NCBI GenBank assembly: GCA_951406725.2
Contig: OX597835.1
Span: 35,588,001-35,652,000, forward strand
DNA length: 64,000 nucleotides
Direction: 5' to 3'
From: Octopus vulgaris
Taxonomy: Eukaryota
The position numbers and the translations under genes were made by a program. Under the pieces are notes generated by a model that did not search any database, was not told the DNA's origin, and saw only the letters and a list, made by a program, of their open reading frames with translations. The first letter of the stretch is position 1. Each line of letters begins with the position of its first letter. Shown in pieces: positions 57,869-64,000 of this stretch.

Positions 57869-58052
57869 TCTCTAGACTTTAATTTCCTTTATATTTAACA
57901 TTCACTATTAATATCCCTACTCTTTCTGTTAGCTACTTATGACGTTATATCATATAACGTTTTTTTAAACAATATTAATAGCGTTCTGTCTATCGCTATA
58001 CGAATCCATCATTTTTTGCTAAAATGTCGTATTGACAAGTTTCGTTTTTTCA

Positions 58053-58137
58053 CTTTCCCGAAGAGAAGATTGCATTGTTTATACCTTTTATTCTTTTGAA
58101 TAAGTATCAGTGGAATTTTTGAAACATATGTAGAAAG
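58053..58137 (+). ncRNA. Hammerhead motif, U4C core variant (mirror copy at 56191-56275, minus strand)
   Basis: CTTTC-CCGAAGA-GAAGATT..AATTTTT-GAAA-CATATG-TA-GAAAG, about 185 nt downstream of the ORF stop. Confidence 0.72.
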
Positions 58138-58327
58138 AAAAAATACTTGTTTAAACCTGCGTTGACTCCATTTTTTATTCCTATTATTCAAATATTCAAC
58201 GTAAACACGAAGTTTCAACCTTTATAAACAAGGAGTTACAACATCTTTACTTGTGAGATTTTGCTGCCCTGGTAACTATTCATTCATTTATCCGTGTTAA
58301 TTGTTAACAAGGTAAAATACACTCATA

Positions 58328-58415
<88 letters not shown>

Positions 58416-58540
58416 AGGGTATCTACCACCACGATGGATATAGCAGCCAAAACTTGACTCTAAAACCACATTAAATGTTCATACATCACCAGGAGAGAAG
58501 ACAAAAGGACAAAATAATCTAGCAAAATATTTTCTGGATA

Positions 58541-58598
58541 ATTCCAGATCCCTGATTTCTGACTCTGCATAAGAAAGGCTTTGCCTCATCAGTGGAAT
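58541..58598 (-). ncRNA. Hammerhead motif in pLTR fragment 58412-58610
   Basis: Minus strand: ATTCCA-CTGATGA-GGC..GTCA-GAAA-TC(AGG)GA-TC-TGGAAT; stem II is imperfect. Confidence 0.7.
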
Positions 58599-58619
58599 AT
58601 ACTCAAATAGCACATAAAT

Positions 58620-58660
<41 letters not shown>

Positions 58661-58867
58661 ACATACGAATACTTACATATACGAACGTATACATACATAT
58701 ATATGCACGTATGCACACGACATATACATATATATACACATACATACATATATAATTATATATATATATATATACTTACATATAAAATTAAATATTTACA
58801 TATGTATACGCGAATATCTGTGTATCTATATATATACATATATATATATAGTTATATATAAATATAA

Positions 58868-58909
<42 letters not shown>

Positions 58910-58928
58910 ATATATATATATGTATATA

Positions 58929-59965
58929 TTAATCAATTTAGGGTAGCAAAAAATTCAATAGAAATTTATCGCTACCAGCGGTCTAGTGGGAAAGAGAAAA
59001 TAGTCAAAGACTAAATATATAAAATTAAACAATTTAGGAATGGCCTTAATAGGCCATTCGTCGACTAGAAAGAGCAGCCATAACTCAAACCGCTAAGTAG
59101 TAATTCAGAAATTAGGTGAAAATTTAAAAACGTTTACCCTAATTCATCTTTATACGATGCATCGTTTCAGTGTTTTTAATGGTAAACTAGCTTAATTAAA
59201 TTAAATTAAGTCAATCTACCATGGGTTACACTTCATCAGTTAAGAAACCGAGAGAGACAAATATACACGAGGCGTCTGTATCGATGCCTTCGGAATATCT
59301 GTCTTAAAATTTTCAAGACCATCGTATTCGCGCCAACTTATCAGCAGTAAATATAAACTGCCGATTCAATCTCAGAATTAGTCAGAAAATTATCAATTAA
59401 TCAATTTAGGGTAGCAAAAAATTCAATAGAAATTTATCGCTACCAGCGGTCTAGTGGGAAAGAGAAAATAGTCAAAGACTAAATATATAAAATTAAACAA
59501 TTTAGGAATGGCCTTAATAGGCCATTCGTCCACTAGAAAGAGCAGCCATTACTCAAACCGCTAAGTAGTAATTCAGAAATTTGGTGAAAATTTAAAAACG
59601 TTTACCCTAATTCATCTTTATACGATGCATCGTTTCGGTGTTTTTAATGGTAAACTAGCTTAATTAAATTAAATTAAGTCAATCTACCATGGGTTACACT
59701 TCATCAGTAAAGAAACCGGGAGAAACAAATATACACGAGGCGTCTGTATCGATACCTTCGGAATATCTGTCTTAAAATTTTCAAGACCATCGTATTCGCG
59801 CCAACTTATCAGCAGTAAATATAAACTGCCGATTCAATCTCAGAATTAGTCAGAAAATTATCAATTAATCAATTTTCTGAATTACTACTTAGCGGTTTGA
59901 GTTATGGCTGCTCTTTCTAGTGGACGAATGGCCTATTAAGGCCATTCCTAAATTGTTTAATTTTA

Positions 59966-59970
<5 letters not shown>
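58929..59970 (-). mobile_element. Tandem PLE pLTRs (2 x 468 bp) plus a 96 bp inverted piece
   Basis: 58929-59396 matches 59397-59864. 59875-59970 is the reverse complement of 59015-59110. (TA)n on both sides. Confidence 0.88.
59615..59713 (-). ncRNA. Type I hammerhead with extended stem II (second copy at 59147-59245)
   Basis: Minus strand: TCTTTA-CTGATGA-AGTGT..ACAC(C/T)-GAAA-CGATGCATCG-TA-TAAAGA. Confidence 0.88.
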
Positions 59971-60037
<67 letters not shown>

Positions 60038-60178
60038 AAAATAGTAAAGTGTGAAAAAACGACAGAAGGCTTAAATGTTAAAAAATATATATATTTGTGT
60101 CAAAATGTCTGGAGAATATTGGAAAAATTTTTTTTTTTTTTCCCCTTTCCTTAAAATGACATAATTTTAAAATTTTTA

Positions 60179-60218
60179 AAGAAATTACCGGTTTCGCGTG
60201 TAGCTTTTCAAATTTCTT
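60179..60218 (-). ncRNA. Minimal hammerhead, U3-A8 core variant
   Basis: Minus strand: AAGAAAT-TTGAAAA-GC(TACAC)GC-GAAA-CCGG-TA-ATTTCTT, about 135 nt downstream of the GIY-YIG stop. Confidence 0.75.
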
Positions 60219-60353
60219 GTGACGTTATGTTTATATTGCATGGAATTATCGTTGTTTTTATTTCCAGGAGATTTCTAAATAAGGGGAGGTAGTGAGTGAT
60301 TTTTTCCGGTGTAAGGGAGATAATCGCTTAAAATTTTTTTTCCTTTTTCCTTG

Positions 60354-60670
60354 TTAATTTCTCTGTGTCAGTATGTTCGGATGGTTGAGTCTGGGTTTGT
60401 ACTTTTCAATGAAGTATGTTTCCTTGTTCAGTCTCATTTGTGTTGATGATCCGAAAGCACATTGGTAAAATGGGAAGATTAAAAATTGTGGCAGTAGTTG
60501 CTTTGCGCATTTCTCAATGTGCTCACTAAAAGGTATCATTCTATATTCTGGGAATGCAATCTGTTGTCGATGCAGTGTGCATCTGCGCCTGAGTGATAGT
60601 CCCGTGGAACCCACGTAGTCTTGGTGGCAGCCCGAGCATTTAATAACATAAATTATGTTTTCAGACATTT
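60354..60670 (-). CDS. PLE GIY-YIG endonuclease domain (CxxC..H..H type)
   Basis: SENIIYVIKCSGCHQDYVGSTGLSLRRRCTLHRQQI..SEHIEKC..RLNKETYFIEKYKPRLN. Confidence 0.88.
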
Positions 60671-60918
60671 TGACACAAATATATATATTTTTTAACATTT
60701 AAGCCTTCTGTCGTTTTTTCACACTTTACTATTTTCTTATATATTCACCCACGTGCTTTACCAAACAAACTTTCTTATCTATATATATATAGTGGCCCAC
60801 GATATGAACGAGTCTATACAGATAGATAGATATATATACATGTATGTGTATGTATGTACATATATGTATATATTTTTGTTGCAGCTCTGCTCCGGGCGCA
60901 AGTATGTATGTACGTATG

Positions 60919-60966
<48 letters not shown>

Positions 60967-60975
60967 CGCTTATAT

Positions 60976-61006
<31 letters not shown>

Positions 61007-61375
61007 TACATGCTTATATTCACACATCAATGTATTGATATGCATATGTGTGTGTATGTGTGCGTGTGTGCGTGTGTGTGAGTGAGTGTGTATGTGTGCT
61101 CTTTTGTATTATGTGTTTTCTAATTAGTATATAATATGGCAATACATGTTATAAACAACAGATAGTAATGTATACATGTAAAACAATTATATGTTTATAT
61201 ATATACAGCTATAAAGTTTTATTGCCTGAAGCTTTTCATATCGGCGCATACTCATGTTCGTGTGCATGTATGTAAGTGTGTGCGTGTGTGTGCGCACATG
61301 CACGTGTGTATGTATATGATTGCAGTTATCATGAATCAGATGTGCACCATTTTGCTGAATGTGAGTTCAAAGGCT

Positions 61376-61496
<121 letters not shown>

Positions 61497-61662
61497 TCTC
61501 ACACACACACATGTATGCATACGTATATTAACATACATACCCTCATATATATGTATATATATATACACATATTTGTATATGCCAGTTTCTCAGTATTATC
61601 ATTTTATCACTTTTTATCCCTCCCATTTCATGCAGTAAAAAAGCATGATTGTATGTACATGT

Positions 61663-61709
<47 letters not shown>

Positions 61710-62374
61710 AAGAAAGAGAGACAGAAACAGAGACAGAGAGAGGGAGACAAATACACAGCCACAAAATATCTATACATATGGATTTATATACACATACACA
61801 ATACCGAACATTGATACACATTTATATATTGATATGGATATATTAAAATATTACTAGTGTATGTACGTATGTGAGTATGTGTTTCGCGTAAAATATTAAT
61901 ATTTTTGTGGATATGAACATGCATGATTGTGCATGCAAAAGGGGAGAGAGGTGATGGCGAGGTTCGTCTAATAAGAAGTAATTATATACGTTAAAAAATT
62001 CAATAAGAATTCATAATTTTAGTTCACGTATTGCATGACTCGGTGGTGTAGCCATCGTTGTGTGTATTGGGGTGCATGTGAGTGCACACATACACACACA
62101 TACGCGCAAACAGAAACACACACACATACACTCAGATGCACTCACACACACACACACACACGCAGAAGTACACACACATGCATATGCGTCTGTATACGCG
62201 TGCTTAATGTGTACTTGTGTACGTACGTATGTGTGATTGTTTATACGTGAATGTGTGTGTGCGTGCGTGATTGCTTATATGTGTATGCGTGTGCTGAGAT
62301 TTATATATATGTATGTACCTATATACATCTGTATACCTATATTTATATAACTCTCTCTCCCTCTCTCTCTCTCT

Positions 62375-62510
<136 letters not shown>

Positions 62511-62697
62511 CGCCATCATAGATCGTTAGCCACTACACACATTTTTACTCTCCTTGTTTTTTCTGTGTCCCTTTCTGTAGGAGAGCATAGGCTCGAAACG
62601 TTAAAGACTCTTTCTATTCCTGAGCGTTATACTAATACATCTGTTTGTTTTGTACACCACCTGTTTTCGTCTTTTGTTTGTTTTCGTAAACTCTCCC
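62511..62697 (+). mobile_element. HHR-bearing element family A, copy 5
   Basis: CTGTAGGAGAGCATAGGCTCGAAACGTTAAAG; lies between (GATA)n and (TA)n. Confidence 0.75.
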
Positions 62698-63849
62698 TAT
62701 ATATATATAGATAGATAAGGACACTACAGAGTTCGCCTACAGTTTACCTATTGCATTACATACAGACGACTCCTATCCACTCTCCCAGATTAGATTTGGA
62801 GCGCCTTGATTATTACGAAACATATGTTCACTCAACCGTGTTGGTCTTCTTTTTAGACGCAAAATATACTCTCACGTGACACGCAAGGGCGTGACGGGAA
62901 ACGTACAAAAGGTTATAAACTTAATCATTCTCCAGAAACACTTGACAGAAAACATTCAGAGCATTGATTGTTTGAACTTGTTCACTCAAATACGCCAGCC
63001 TGAACTTACGACGCCAAACATTGTTACTTAATAGTAACACACAGACGTAGCGAGGGCTCTACAAAATTTCTATGACCAGTCATATGACTATCTTCTACCA
63101 ATCAAATACTATCCAAAGCATATAATAATTTGAGCCATGAGCTTCCTATAACAACAGGGCAAACTTCAAACACTATTCCGCAGCAAGACAACTGCTCATA
63201 AGCCACGCCTTTCTATTTGAACTTTTGAAAATCACTGCACGTGTAAATAATTATAAATGATAATATACTATTATATTAGTAATATATAACAACTATTCTC
63301 TATTATTTCAAGTTATTGATATAATAAAAATAATGAAAAATTGTTTAAAGAGATTAACAAAAAAAATGTTCTTTATTTATTTAGTTTATTAGAAGGAGAA
63401 TTCCGAAATAAATATGAAGAGAAACCTAAAAAAGATGTTCTTTACTTACTTAATTCATCGGAGGGAGAATTCCGTAATGAACATGAAGATAAATTTAGAG
63501 CTATAATAACTACAATCTATATTATTACCCCATAGATATAGAGTTAGGCTATTGTAATGGATATCAAAATATTATCAGTTTTTCAGAAGTAACCAGATTT
63601 GAAGTTTCTTGAATACGGATTATTCACAGTAACTAACAAGTAAATGTACCAATAATCGTATATTATAGAATTATGTTCTCAAACATTATCTGCAGTAAAT
63701 TATCTGCTGCAGAATTGTTTCCGGAATTTAGCGCACCAGAGCTCAGGCATTTGAAAATAACCCCAATGTAATCGGTGAAACTAAGCATGTCTCAGGTTTT
63801 ATATAGAAAACTAGTGTTTAGTTTTACAAATTATATTGAATGTGGAACG

Positions 63850-63919
63850 ATCGTACTGATGAGTCTACGGACGAAGAATTACGTAATATATTCGGTAATA
63901 GAAGAAACCGGTATACGAT
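63850..63919 (+). ncRNA. Type I hammerhead ribozyme motif
   Basis: ATCGTA-CTGATGA-GTCTA..TAGAA-GAAA-CCGG-TA-TACGAT. Confidence 0.82.
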
Positions 63920-64000
63920 TAATTCTTGATTTTTTGTAATTTTCATGTCTTGCCCGACTATGTTCTGGTGTTCTCTGAATTTTCTCTGAAGAGCATTCTT

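Larger units (their letters stand above)
56144..58325 (+). mobile_element. 5'-truncated Penelope-like element with an inverted 5' duplication
   Basis: 56144-56991 is the reverse complement of 57337-58184 (848 bp). Contains a GIY-YIG ORF and a 3' HHR; flanked by (TA)n. Confidence 0.9.
60031..60780 (-). mobile_element. 5'-truncated Penelope-like element (Neptune-like) with a short terminal inversion
   Basis: GIY-YIG ORF plus HHR. 60031-60110 is inverted at 60662-60742; (TA)n on both sides. Confidence 0.85.

Noticed and set aside
57935-58010. SECIS element after the Naiad-like ORF
   Set aside because: The ATGA hairpin lacks the opposing GA quartet, and the visible ORF has no in-frame UGA.
62900-63120. 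Decayed GIY-YIG remnant (QIRQPEL-like)
   Set aside because: Only a few residues match, with no continuous frame.

Overview
AT-rich, extremely microsatellite-rich eukaryotic DNA with (TA)n, (CA)n, (TAGA)n, (TACA)n, (ATT)n and (ACT)n tracts. The SINE families and repeat composition suggest a cephalopod such as Octopus; this is inference. No intact host protein-coding gene is supported, and most ORFs in the track are translated microsatellites. Identifiable content: at least four tRNA-derived SINE families, Tc1/mariner remnants (maT-like, mellifera-like mariner, Tc1/Tc3-like) and MITEs, an RTE LINE fragment, and two 5'-truncated Penelope-like elements (PLEs) with GIY-YIG endonuclease ORFs. The main signal is about 25 type-I hammerhead ribozyme (HHR) motifs, found by eye, from about 15 sequence-distinct families. 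Most sit in short PLE pseudo-LTR (pLTR)-like islands whose 3' ends abut (TA)n tracts, arranged as solo, tandem or inverted copies. Several carry non-canonical cores: a compensatory U3-A8 pair in two families, a fixed A6U change in one family, and U4C. Three small non-repetitive islands carry promoter-like motif clusters.
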